Below are positions 10,586 through 18,499 of a stretch of 24,000 nucleotides of DNA, piece after piece; positions within the stretch are counted from its first letter, which is position 1; every line of letters begins with the position of its first letter. Location of the stretch: positions 10,971 through 34,970 of the forward strand of contig JAIUOR010000003.1 in NCBI GenBank assembly GCA_020161795.1, written 5' to 3'. This DNA comes from Actinomycetota bacterium. GTDB lineage: Bacteria; Actinomycetota; Actinomycetes; Propionibacteriales; Propionibacteriaceae. The position numbers and the translations under genes were made by a program. The notes under the pieces are model-generated. The model saw only the letters and a list, made by a program, of their open reading frames with translations. It did no database searches and was not told the DNA's origin.

Positions 10586-10927
10586 GCGCTTTCGACCGAT
10601 GCGGACGAGCCAGCAACCGGGGATCCCGGCGTGGGCTGAGCGCCAGAACGGCCGTCGGGCCGGTCTGGCGATGGCTCGGGCGTACCGCGAACGTCCTCTC
10701 AATGTCCCTCTGGAGGTCCACGCCCCCAACGATCCGGATTGGCCCACCGTCCGCATACTCGTCGACGGCTTGAATCCATTCGCGAAGATCGCCGGATTCG
10801 ACGTCGAGGGCCGGCCCTCGGCGAAAGGGAGTGCTTCAAACATGGTGGTGGCCGGCGCTCGCCTTTGCAGGGGAGGCTCGCGCCGACCGCTGTCAACGCT
10901 AGATGGACGGTCCGTCGCCGCGTCATC

Positions 10928-10967
10928 CCCAGTACTAGGGGATTGGTCCCAGTACCAGGGGATTGGC
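10928..10967. repeat. Two tandem 20-nt units CCCAGTAC(T/C)AGGGGATTGG(T/C)
   Basis: Units 10928-10947 and 10948-10967 differ at 2 positions. Each contains a near-palindromic CCC-AGTACY-AGGGG core. Located upstream of the HAD gene. Confidence 0.7.
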
Positions 10968-11070
10968 CGGAAACCCGGGCAGGCCGTCCGCCTCACCCCG
11001 AGACCCTGATCGTCCCGGACGGCGGGGAGTGTTACCTTCGACGGACAGCTCCCGATCACGAAGGATCCAC

Positions 11071-11934
11071 GTGAACCCGCCCGAATCCCGTCCACGCCTG
11101 GTGGCGACCGACATCGACGGCACGATCGTGCCCGCCGGCGGCACGCTCAGCCGTCGGACCCGCGCGGCGCTGGAGCAGTGCGTCGACAACGGGATGTCGG
11201 TGGTACTGGTGACTGGACGACCGCCCCGCTGGCTCGGGCCCGTCGCGGAGGCGATCGACCTGCCGGGCGCGATCATCGCCTCGAACGGGTCGATCCTGCT
11301 CGACTCACGCTCTCTCGCGCCGCTGCGGGTGGCGACCATCGCGGCCGGGGTGGCTGCCGAAGTCGTGCGGATCGTGCGGGAGGTAGCCCCGCAGGCGGCC
11401 TTCGCGGCCGAGACCGTGGACGTCCTGCGGGCCGGGCCCGGCTACGAGAACGCCCGGCGCCATCGACCCGCTCCGTCCGGCGGGCTCGTCCCCACGCAGC
11501 GCGCGGTGATCCACACCGACTCCGACGAGGCGATGCTCGCCACCGACACGCTCACCAAACTCGTCGCCCTCGATCCCCACGCGGATCCGGACCGGCTGCT
11601 CGACCAGACCCGGGACGCGGTCGGCCACCTGGTCTCGGTCACCCGATCGGTCACCGGGCAGGCTCTCATCGAGTTCGGCCCGGATGGCGTGACGAAGGCC
11701 ACGGCGCTGTCGGACTACGCGGCTTCGCTGGGAATCACGGCGGACGAGGTGATCGCCTTCGGCGACATGCCCAACGATGTCGAGATGCTCCGCTGGGCCG
11801 GACGCGGCTACGCGATGACCGGCGCCCATCCCGACGCCACCGCAGCGGCGCCCTTCCTGGCGCCGCCGGCGGAGCAGGACGGCGTCGCCCAGGTGCTGGA
11901 GGCAGTGCTCGCTGGCGAAGCAGCCGGATCCTAG
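11071..11934 (+). CDS. HAD-superfamily hydrolase, Cof-type
   Basis: LVATDIDGTIVPAGGTLSRRTRAALEQ, SVVLVTGRPPRW, VIAFGDMPNDVEMLRWAGRGYAM are HAD motifs. GTG start at 11071 with AAGGA upstream. Confidence 0.9.
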   Translation: MNPPESRPRLVATDIDGTIVPAGGTLSRRTRAALEQCVDNGMSVVLVTGRPPRWLGPVAEAIDLPGAIIASNGSILLDSRSLAPLRVATIAAGVAAEVVRIVREVAPQAAFAAETVDVLRAGPGYENARRHRPAPSGGLVPTQRAVIHTDSDEAMLATDTLTKLVALDPHADPDRLLDQTRDAVGHLVSVTRSVTGQALIEFGPDGVTKATALSDYAASLGITADEVIAFGDMPNDVEMLRWAGRGYAMTGAHPDATAAAPFLAPPAEQDGVAQVLEAVLAGEAAGS

Positions 11935-11948
11935 CCCCGGCCGGGCGT

Positions 11949-12371
11949 CTACGTGGCTCGCCGTTCCCCACGAGGTCGCCAGCCGTCGATCACGTCCCGG
12001 CTCACCTCTGCCAGGGGAATCAGTCGGGGCAGCCGTTCCGCGGTGGCCCGGTTCGGCCATAGCCGCCACTTGCCCACGACCAGCTTTCCCGGGCCGACGC
12101 CGGCGACGGCCGCCCAGTCGATCGACTTCACCACGAGACGCTCCAGCGCCTCGGCATCGTTGATACTGCGCCGCTTGCGGTAGGTGTCGTAGTAGTGCTC
12201 GACCTGCCGCACCACCTCGGCCCGGTAGCGGCCCAGGCGCCAGTAGCCGAACAGCAGCAGCGCGCCGTAGGCCAGAATCACCAGATTGATCAGCACGGCA
12301 TTCGCCTGGTAGACCGCGAGCAGACCCTGGCCCCAGTCGCCCAGTATCTTCTCGACCAGCCACTCGCTCAC
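11949..12371 (-). CDS. Hypothetical protein with one hydrophobic segment near the N-terminus
   Basis: MSEWLVEKILGDWGQGLLAVYQANAVLINLVILAYGALLLFGYWRLGRYR..., 140 aa, in the same direction as the sgc-like operon. Confidence 0.6.
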   Translation of the reverse strand: MSEWLVEKILGDWGQGLLAVYQANAVLINLVILAYGALLLFGYWRLGRYRAEVVRQVEHYYDTYRKRRSINDAEALERLVVKSIDWAAVAGVGPGKLVVGKWRLWPNRATAERLPRLIPLAEVSRDVIDGWRPRGERRAT

Positions 12372-12423
12372 GAGTCCAACCGCCCACGGTCTCGACGCGA
12401 CTCAGGCAGGTCAACCGACATGG

Positions 12424-13077
12424 TCATTCGTCTTCCTTTCCGGAGCCCCCGGTGAAGAGCTGAACCAGGCCACCAGGGTCGGCGCTGTCGATCAGCGCCC
12501 GGCCGACCACCACCGAGTCGACCCCCATCGCGGCCAGGGATTCGGCATTGTCCTCGCTCACGCCGCCGTCGACCCAGAGCTCGACCCCAACGGCCCGCGC
12601 GGCCGCGGCGGAGGCCGGCAACGTGGCGAGCATGCCGGTGAGGAAGTCCGGATCCGGCTCAGGTTCGGTGGTGAGCTGCAGCACGTAGTCGAGGTGCGGC
12701 GCGAGCCGTCCCAACTCCGGCAGGCTCGTCACCGGGTTCACCGCGAGGCCCGCCCGCCAGCCCGCCTCCCTGATCTGGCGGAGCACCCGGCGCGGATACC
12801 GGGTGGCCTCCAGGTGAATCGCCACGCTCCGCAGGGGCAGCCCCCGCAGTCGGGCGATGGCGAACTCCGGGTCTGCCACCATCAGGTGAACGTCCACCGG
12901 GAGCCCGCCCCATGCCGCCACGTCCTCGACCACCCGCAACCCCAGCCCCAACTCGGGGACGAAGTGGCCGTCCTCCACGTCGATGTGCAGGGCGTCGACG
13001 CCGCTCTCGCGGAGCCTTTCCAGCACATCGCCCAGTTCGAGCAGGGGCGCGGAGATGATCGAGGCCGTGACCAGCAT
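12424..13077 (-). CDS. Ribulose-phosphate 3-epimerase family protein (SgcE-like)
   Basis: ASIISAPLLELGDVLERLRESGVDALHIDVEDGHFVPELGLG..VDVHLMVADPE...LWVDGGVSEDNAESLAAMGVDSVVVGRALI is an RPE-family TIM-barrel pattern. Confidence 0.85.
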   Translation of the reverse strand: MLVTASIISAPLLELGDVLERLRESGVDALHIDVEDGHFVPELGLGLRVVEDVAAWGGLPVDVHLMVADPEFAIARLRGLPLRSVAIHLEATRYPRRVLRQIREAGWRAGLAVNPVTSLPELGRLAPHLDYVLQLTTEPEPDPDFLTGMLATLPASAAAARAVGVELWVDGGVSEDNAESLAAMGVDSVVVGRALIDSADPGGLVQLFTGGSGKEDE

Positions 13078-13085
13078 GGCGTTGC

Positions 13086-14486
13086 CTACGCGGAGACGGG
13101 CTTGGCGTCGGGATCCGCGATCGGCAACAGCCGCTCACCGAGCGGGAACTTCTCCTTGAGGATGTACAGGCCGCCGACGAAGAGCAGGCTGACGATGATC
13201 GCCACCACCGCCGGGGTCTGGTACAGGTAGTAGAACAGGTAGGAGATCGGGTTCGCACCGTCGCTCATCACCGTGAACTGGCTGTATCCCTCCGGCAGAT
13301 CGACCGCCGCCGAGTTCCGCACCATGTCCGTGATCGCGGGGGCGAGCTGGGTGGCGAACATCAGGCCGATGCCCATCACGATCGCGCCCAGGATCACGAT
13401 CATCAGCAGATCGCCGGCGACCAGCGGTGCCAGCAGCGCCGCCACGAACGGCCCGTCCGCCAGGTCGACGAACGGCAGCGTCCCGTTGCCCAGGGGCGCG
13501 AGCGCCAGCGCCAGCGCGATCTCCACCGGCACCATCAGCAGCCCGCCGGCGATGACGGCCGGGTTGCCGATCAGCACGGCGGCGTCCAGGCCGATGTTGA
13601 TCTCGCGTCCGGCGAACCGCTTGGACATGAAGGTGGACGCGGCGTCGGCCAGGGGCGCCAGGCCCTCGACCAGGATGCCGACCATCCGGGGGATGAGCAG
13701 CATGGTCGCGGCGATGTTGACGGCCGTGGTGAGCGCCGCCACCGTGTCCTGCCGCGCGGCCAGCGCCAGGGCGAGACCGATGAGGAAGCCCAGCACCATC
13801 GGCTCACCCAGCAGGCCGAGCCGGCGCCGGGTGGTGTCGGGATCGAGACGGAGCTTGGACAGACCCGGGATCTTCCGCAGCACCCACGCGAACGGGACGG
13901 CCAACAGCATGTAGCCGGCCGACTGCAGGTGAGGGATGGAGATGCCGGGCAGCTTGAAGAACCGGCGAACCAGCGGCACCGACCAGTCGGCGAGGAAGAG
14001 GGCGATCACGAAACAGATCAGCGCCGCGAAGAGCGCCATCCAGAAGTTCTCGGTGACGAACAGCACCAGCGCACCGACGAACGCCATATGCCAGTAGTTC
14101 CACAGGTCGATGTTCAGCGTGTTGGTCACGCTGACCGCGACCAGCACCAGGTTGAGCACGATCCCGACCGGGATGATGATGTAGCCGACCGAGCTGCCGA
14201 AGGCCAGCGCCGAGGCCGCCGGCCAGCCGATGTCCATGACCCGCAGCCCGGTGCCGGAGGCGTCAGCGAAGGCCTCGCCGATCGCGGACACCGTGGAGCC
14301 GAGCAGGCCGACCGTCAGCCCGATGCCCACGAATGCGATCGCAATGGTCAGGCCGCTACGCGCGGCACGGGAGAATTTGAGCCCGAATACCAGGCCGACA
14401 ATGATGATGATGAAGGGCAGCACAATGGTCGCCCCCAGGCCATTGAGGATATTCCCAACGCCCGCCAGGATCTCGTCGAACTTCAT
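13086..14486 (-). CDS. PTS sugar transporter subunit IIC, galactitol/SgcC type
   Basis: Multi-TM protein with ...NILNGLGATIVLPFIIIIVGLVFGLKFSRAARSGLTIAIAFVGIGLTVGLL..., typical of GatC/SgcC. Adjacent to the IIB gene. Confidence 0.85.
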   Translation of the reverse strand: MKFDEILAGVGNILNGLGATIVLPFIIIIVGLVFGLKFSRAARSGLTIAIAFVGIGLTVGLLGSTVSAIGEAFADASGTGLRVMDIGWPAASALAFGSSVGYIIIPVGIVLNLVLVAVSVTNTLNIDLWNYWHMAFVGALVLFVTENFWMALFAALICFVIALFLADWSVPLVRRFFKLPGISIPHLQSAGYMLLAVPFAWVLRKIPGLSKLRLDPDTTRRRLGLLGEPMVLGFLIGLALALAARQDTVAALTTAVNIAATMLLIPRMVGILVEGLAPLADAASTFMSKRFAGREINIGLDAAVLIGNPAVIAGGLLMVPVEIALALALAPLGNGTLPFVDLADGPFVAALLAPLVAGDLLMIVILGAIVMGIGLMFATQLAPAITDMVRNSAAVDLPEGYSQFTVMSDGANPISYLFYYLYQTPAVVAIIVSLLFVGGLYILKEKFPLGERLLPIADPDAKPVSA

Positions 14487-14522
14487 CGAGAGATCTCCTT
14501 TCCAATAAGTGAAATGAAACTC

Positions 14523-14810
14523 TTATGAGCGAGCCAAGACTTCGGCCAGCTCTTCGAGCACGGCCTGCTGACCTATTCCGGTGAGCAGCGCCACGCCGTT
14601 GAGCACTGGCACCACTTCGGCGAACTCATCCGGCATACCGGTGGTGGATACGATCGCGTCGGCGTCGACGCGGTCGACGGACAGCTCCGAAACCCGGTAC
14701 TGGGTGACGTGGGCGTCGATTCCCCGCTCGCGGAGGAAATCCTCGACCTTCATTCGGACCATCGTGGATGTCGCCACGCCTGCGGCACAGACGACATAGA
14801 CCTTCTTCAT
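14523..14810 (-). CDS. PTS sugar transporter subunit IIB, galactitol/SgcB type
   Basis: MKKVYVVCAAGVATSTMVRMKVEDFLRERGIDAHVTQYRVSE has an N-terminal Cys P-loop-like motif typical of IIB-gat. The real start at 14810 lies inside the larger reported ORF. Confidence 0.88.
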   Translation of the reverse strand: MKKVYVVCAAGVATSTMVRMKVEDFLRERGIDAHVTQYRVSELSVDRVDADAIVSTTGMPDEFAEVVPVLNGVALLTGIGQQAVLEELAEVLARS

Positions 14811-14890
14811 CTTCTCTCCTTCCCCATTGACGCCCGCTTGAGCGCGACGTCCCGCAGGCTGCGAACCGTCTGTATCCACTCGACTTGCCT

Positions 14891-14925
14891 CGGTTGGGGT
14901 CGGACGGGCGCGCCGACCCCAACCG
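14891..14925. other. Perfect 13-bp inverted repeat in the sgcQ-like/IIB intercistronic gap (strong mRNA stem-loop)
   Basis: CGGTTGGGGTCGG (14891-14903), 9-nt loop, CCGACCCCAACCG (14913-14925). Confidence 0.8.
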
Positions 14926-14941
14926 GCAGACCTCGGTGTGG

Positions 14942-15751
14942 TCAGGCTCCGCGGAACCTGTTGACCTCGGCCATGAACTCGCGCACCCGGGCCACGTCGG
15001 TGGCGTTCTCGAAGATGCCGTCGACCTTGAAGGCCGTCCCCACCACCGCGCCGTCGGCGATGCCGAGCAGGTTGGCTGCGGTGTCGACCCGGACGCCGGT
15101 GTTCGCCAGCACCGGGACGTCGCCGGCGGCGGACTTCGCGCGCCGGAGGATCTCCGGGTCGGTGGCGGAGCCGGCGGTGGCGCCGGAGACGGCGAGGGCG
15201 TCGGGCTGGCAGTTGAAGACCGTCGTCTTCGCGATGCTCTCGATCTCGCGATCGGCCAGGTAGGCCGCGGCCTCTGGCACGATGTTGTAGATCATCTTGA
15301 CGTTCTGAGCGTCCACCCGCCGGCGGTGGCGGGCTGCCACGCCGACATCGGTGTTCCACAGGCCGAAGTCACTGGCGTAGACCCCGCTGTAGATCTCCCG
15401 GACGAAGCTGGCCCCGGTCGCGGCAGCCAGGTCGATGGTCGCCAGGCCGTCCCACAGCACATTGACACCGTGGGGCACGGCGATCTCGCCCAGCAGCTCG
15501 CCGATGACCCGCGCCATGGTGATCGCGGTGATCGGCTCCGTCTTGGTCAGGTAGGGCAGCGAGAACTCATTGGAGAACATCACCGCGTCGACGCCGCCCT
15601 CCTGCAGCGCGACCAACTCGCGCCGGGCGGCATCGGTGATCGCGCGGACGCCGGCTGCCGAGTCGTAGCTCGGATCGCCGGGCATCGGACGCATGTGCAG
15701 CATCGCGATGATGGGCTTCGATTTGCCGAATGTGTCTTCAAGCCAGGTCAT
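14942..15751 (-). CDS. BtpA/SgcQ family protein
   Basis: KPIIAMLHMRPMPGDPSYD...GGVDAVMFSNEFSLPYLT...VNVLWD...ASFVREIYSGVYASDFGLWNTDVG matches the BtpA/SgcQ family. Confidence 0.88.
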   Translation of the reverse strand: MTWLEDTFGKSKPIIAMLHMRPMPGDPSYDSAAGVRAITDAARRELVALQEGGVDAVMFSNEFSLPYLTKTEPITAITMARVIGELLGEIAVPHGVNVLWDGLATIDLAAATGASFVREIYSGVYASDFGLWNTDVGVAARHRRRVDAQNVKMIYNIVPEAAAYLADREIESIAKTTVFNCQPDALAVSGATAGSATDPEILRRAKSAAGDVPVLANTGVRVDTAANLLGIADGAVVGTAFKVDGIFENATDVARVREFMAEVNRFRGA

Positions 15752-15817
15752 GGCCTTCTTCCCTTTCGTTGACGACCGATGGGCGGGTCACCCATCGGGA
15801 AAGTCGTGGCGGGAGCA

Positions 15818-16600
15818 TCACGTCGCCTGCTCCGGCTCGGTGCAGATGACCTCGGTGCCCGCCTGCCGCATCGCCTGAAGAACGGGGTCGTCCTCCGGAG
15901 CGTCGGTGACCAGGACGTCGATGTCGCTGGCGGGGCAGATCTCGCACAGGCTGACGTGCCCGATCTTGGACGAGTCGGCCAGCGCGACCACCCGGCTGGC
16001 CCGCGCGATCGCCAGCCGCTTGACCTCGGCCTCTTCCAGGCCGTAGTCGGTCAGGCCACGCTCGAGGTGGACCCCCGCGGCGCCGACGAAGGCGGTGTCG
16101 ACGTTGTAGCCACGGACGGTGCGCTCCGCGTCGGCGCCGACCAGGGAATGCTCCTGCCGGCGGATCAACCCACCGGTGACGATCACGCGGATGGAGTCGC
16201 TCTCGCTCAGGGCGATCGCGGCGCGGAGATTCGGCGTGACCACCAGCAGATCGATGTCGAGCATCGCCAGCCGGCCGGCGAACGCGGTGGCGGTGGTGCC
16301 GGCGTCCAGGAAGATGCTGTCCCCTGGCCGCACCAGGGCGGCTGCGGCGGCGCTGATCTGCTCCTTCGCCTCCCGGCCGGCGAGCTCCCGCTCCCCGACC
16401 GGCGGCTCATGCCGGCGCGAGACGACCGAGATCGCTCCGCCCAACACGCGGCGGGCTTCGCCGGCGGCCTCCAGGGCGTCGATGTCGCGTCGGGCCGTCA
16501 TCTCCGAGACCCCGAAGTGCTCGGCGAGCCACACGTACTCCAACTCGCCCCGGGCGCGCAGCAGCCGCTGGGTCTCGCGTCGCCTCTCACCCGTCAGCAC
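15818..16600 (-). CDS. DeoR-family transcriptional regulator (SgcR-like)
   Basis: RRRETQRLLRARGELEYVWLAEHFGVSEMTARRDIDALEAAGEARRVLGGA, then a sugar-phosphate-binding domain with DAGTTA and VTGG. Confidence 0.9.
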   Translation of the reverse strand: MLTGERRRETQRLLRARGELEYVWLAEHFGVSEMTARRDIDALEAAGEARRVLGGAISVVSRRHEPPVGERELAGREAKEQISAAAAALVRPGDSIFLDAGTTATAFAGRLAMLDIDLLVVTPNLRAAIALSESDSIRVIVTGGLIRRQEHSLVGADAERTVRGYNVDTAFVGAAGVHLERGLTDYGLEEAEVKRLAIARASRVVALADSSKIGHVSLCEICPASDIDVLVTDAPEDDPVLQAMRQAGTEVICTEPEQAT

Positions 16601-16614
16601 ACCATGAAAATTAC

Positions 16615-16661
16615 TGACAGGCTTCGTGAACTGTCAACAGATTCACACGGAACTGTGTGAA
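16615..16661. promoter_or_regulatory. Candidate DeoR-type operator region
   Basis: TGACAG...CTGTCA (16615-16620/16631-16636) and TTCACAC-N6-GTGTGAA (16642-16648/16655-16661), both just upstream of the DeoR gene. Confidence 0.55.
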
Positions 16662-16728
16662 AGTTGTCAAATACCCACAGCTCTCCGGGGCACCAGCGCC
16701 CCGGGCGGGTTCTCCACGAAGGACCGGA

Positions 16729-17106
16729 TCACAACCGCGCAACGGGGCCGCGTAGCCCCGGATCGCCCGTCCGGCTGGACAGAGCGGCCTGATCCGCGTC
16801 CATGACCGGTTCGAACAATGGACGGATGAACGCACCGACATCCTCCACCTGAAGGGCCCAGGCCAACGCCCACAGCGTCGTCATCCGGATGTCGTTGACA
16901 CCGCGTCGCCCGTTCAGGATCTCGATGACCGTGGAACGATCGAGTCCCGATCTCATGGTCAGGTCGTTGATGGAGAGCCCGCGCTCTTCCTTGAGTTGAC
17001 GGACCTGCCTTCGCCAGCCGTCCCAATCCAAGCTCGGCGGCGGGATCAACCCAGGCGGAACTGCGGCCACCTCGCCGCTGCTCCATCGGTGGGATATATC
17101 CGCCAT
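16729..17106 (-). CDS. XRE (Cro/CI-type) HTH regulator
   Basis: WRRQVRQLKEERGLSINDLTMRSGLDRSTVIEILNGRRGVNDIRMTTLWALAWALQV is a canonical HTH_3 pattern. Confidence 0.85.
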   Translation of the reverse strand: MADISHRWSSGEVAAVPPGLIPPPSLDWDGWRRQVRQLKEERGLSINDLTMRSGLDRSTVIEILNGRRGVNDIRMTTLWALAWALQVEDVGAFIRPLFEPVMDADQAALSSRTGDPGLRGPVARL

Positions 17107-17141
17107 GCGACAAGCTGACTACGGTTGGGCTCTCGGTGAGA

Positions 17142-17157
17142 GTGGGATGCATCCCAC
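17142..17157. promoter_or_regulatory. Perfect 16-bp palindrome GTGGGATGCATCCCAC, probable XRE operator
   Basis: Lies between divergent starts at 17106 (-) and 17173 (+). Near copies at 17319-17334 and 17089-17104. Confidence 0.65.
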
Positions 17158-17172
17158 CTGGGGAGGGCTGAG

Positions 17173-17304
17173 ATGACTGGTCCCGTTCCTACCGGCAAGG
17201 GCTGGCACCCGAACTCCGAGACCGGCGGCACCTCTCAGGAGATCCAGGTCGACGCCGGCAACGACCGATTGGGGCATACCCGCCACGGGGCGGGCTCGCC
17301 CTGA
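17173..17304 (+). CDS. Unannotated 43-aa small ORF
   Basis: ATG..TGA encodes MTGPVPTGKGWHPNSETGGTSQEIQVDAGNDRLGHTRHGAGSP, with strong RBS-like GGGGAGGG just upstream. Too short for the supplied ORF track. Confidence 0.5.
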   Translation: MTGPVPTGKGWHPNSETGGTSQEIQVDAGNDRLGHTRHGAGSP

Positions 17305-17318
17305 CTATGCTGCCGAAG

Positions 17319-17334
17319 GTGGGATACATCCCAC
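17319..17334. promoter_or_regulatory. GTGGGATACATCCCAC, second operator copy, upstream of lipoprotein gene
   Basis: Matches 17142-17157 with one mismatch (G to A) in the central dinucleotide. Confidence 0.6.
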
Positions 17335-17365
17335 GTTAATCGCACGGTGTCGTGGGAGGTTGGAG

Positions 17366-18067
17366 ATGCGAAGGCTTCGCTTGACGATCGCGCTGGTCCT
17401 CGTTCTTGGTCTTGGTCTTGCGGGCTGCGGATCACCCGCTGCCCCCGTGATGCCCGATGTGCTGGGCAAGACCCTCGATGTTGCCAAGAGCGACATCAAG
17501 CGCGTGGGCTTCAAGGACACGGTCGAGGTGCTGGGCGGAGGCCTCTTCGGCATCCTCGATGAGAAGAACTGGATGGTCTGCGAACAGACACCCTCGGCGG
17601 GAGACGTCATAGCGGACAACCCCCGACTGGTAGTCGATCGCTCCTGTGGCGACGAAGAGCCCGAGCCGAGCGAGACGCCGGCCGCACCCGAGCCAAGCGA
17701 CACGCCGGCCGCACCTGAAGCCAGTGCGGAGCCGTCCGAGGAGGCATCGGCATCCGATGACGACGAAGACGACTCGACCGATGAGGACCGGGACGATCGG
17801 GCTGAGTCCGCGATGACTTTCGAGGAGGACTTCACCGACGAGTTCGAGGGGATCTTCGGCTACCCGCCGGACCAGCAGATCATCGACATCGCGACAGATT
17901 TCGCTGAGGAGACCTGCAGCACGCTCGATCAGGGTTCGACCGTTGAGGAGATCCTCACGAATATCGTCGCTTCAACCGATAACACCGATTCGCAGACAGC
18001 ACTGGCAATCGCCGCGGCGGTCGGCATCCGGCACTTCTGCCCGGAACACGAAGGCCAGCTGCCATGA
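17366..18067 (+). CDS. Secreted lipoprotein with PASTA-like N-terminal domain, acidic linker and DUF732-like C-terminus
   Basis: Lipobox LGLAGCGS. MPDVLGKTLDVAKSDIKRVGF...CEQTPSAGDVI is PASTA-like. DDDEDDSTDEDRDD linker. CSTLDQGSTVEEILTNIV...FCPEH resembles DUF732. GGGAGG RBS before ATG 17366. Confidence 0.75.
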   Translation: MRRLRLTIALVLVLGLGLAGCGSPAAPVMPDVLGKTLDVAKSDIKRVGFKDTVEVLGGGLFGILDEKNWMVCEQTPSAGDVIADNPRLVVDRSCGDEEPEPSETPAAPEPSDTPAAPEASAEPSEEASASDDDEDDSTDEDRDDRAESAMTFEEDFTDEFEGIFGYPPDQQIIDIATDFAEETCSTLDQGSTVEEILTNIVASTDNTDSQTALAIAAAVGIRHFCPEHEGQLP

Positions 18068-18082
18068 CCTTCCGGTCCGCGA

Positions 18083-18499
18083 TCAACGGGTCAGTGCGCG
18101 GGGGGTGTGCACCCGGGGACGGCCGAGGTGCACTTCGCCGGTCTGGGCGGCGGTGAACAGGCGGGTGTCGCCGCCGGTCAGGTGAAGATGCTTGACCAGG
18201 GAGGTGAGCTGGGCGACCTGCTGCTGCAGATCCTCCAACTCGGCTTCCAGCGCGAGGATGCGGCGGATGCCCTCCAGGTTGATGCCCTCGGTCTGCGAGA
18301 GGTGCTGGATGTGGCGCAGCTTGGCGATGTCCCGCAGCGAGTAGCGGCGGCCCCGGCCGCGGGTCCGTCCGGGCACCACCAGACCCAGGCGGTCGTAGCC
18401 GCGCAGGGTCTGGGGGTGCATCTCGGCCAGTTGGGCCGCCACCGAGATCACGAAGATCGGGGCGTCCGGGTCGATCCGGTCGGGCAGCTGGGCGCTCAT
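18083..18499 (-). CDS. hspR: HspR, MerR-type heat-shock repressor
   Basis: [67 protein letters not shown]. Overlaps the dnaJ stop in the dnaK operon. Confidence 0.95.
   Translation of the reverse strand: MSAQLPDRIDPDAPIFVISVAAQLAEMHPQTLRGYDRLGLVVPGRTRGRGRRYSLRDIAKLRHIQHLSQTEGINLEGIRRILALEAELEDLQQQVAQLTSLVKHLHLTGGDTRLFTAAQTGEVHLGRPRVHTPRALTR

Noticed and set aside
10478-11095. 205-aa minus-strand ORF in the GH13/HAD gap
   Set aside because: No recognisable motifs, overlaps the end of the GH13 gene and the HAD start. Likely random open frame.
16685-16704. CCGGGGC-N6-GCCCCGG hairpin as an intrinsic terminator downstream of the XRE gene
   Set aside because: The stem is plausible but there is no U-tract in the transcript direction and GC-rich 7-bp stems are common here, so it was not called.
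17173-17304. Assignment of the 43-aa ORF to DUF397
   Set aside because: The XRE plus small protein layout is suggestive, but the expected W..SSYS and C-V-E-V motif set is not present, so no family was assigned.
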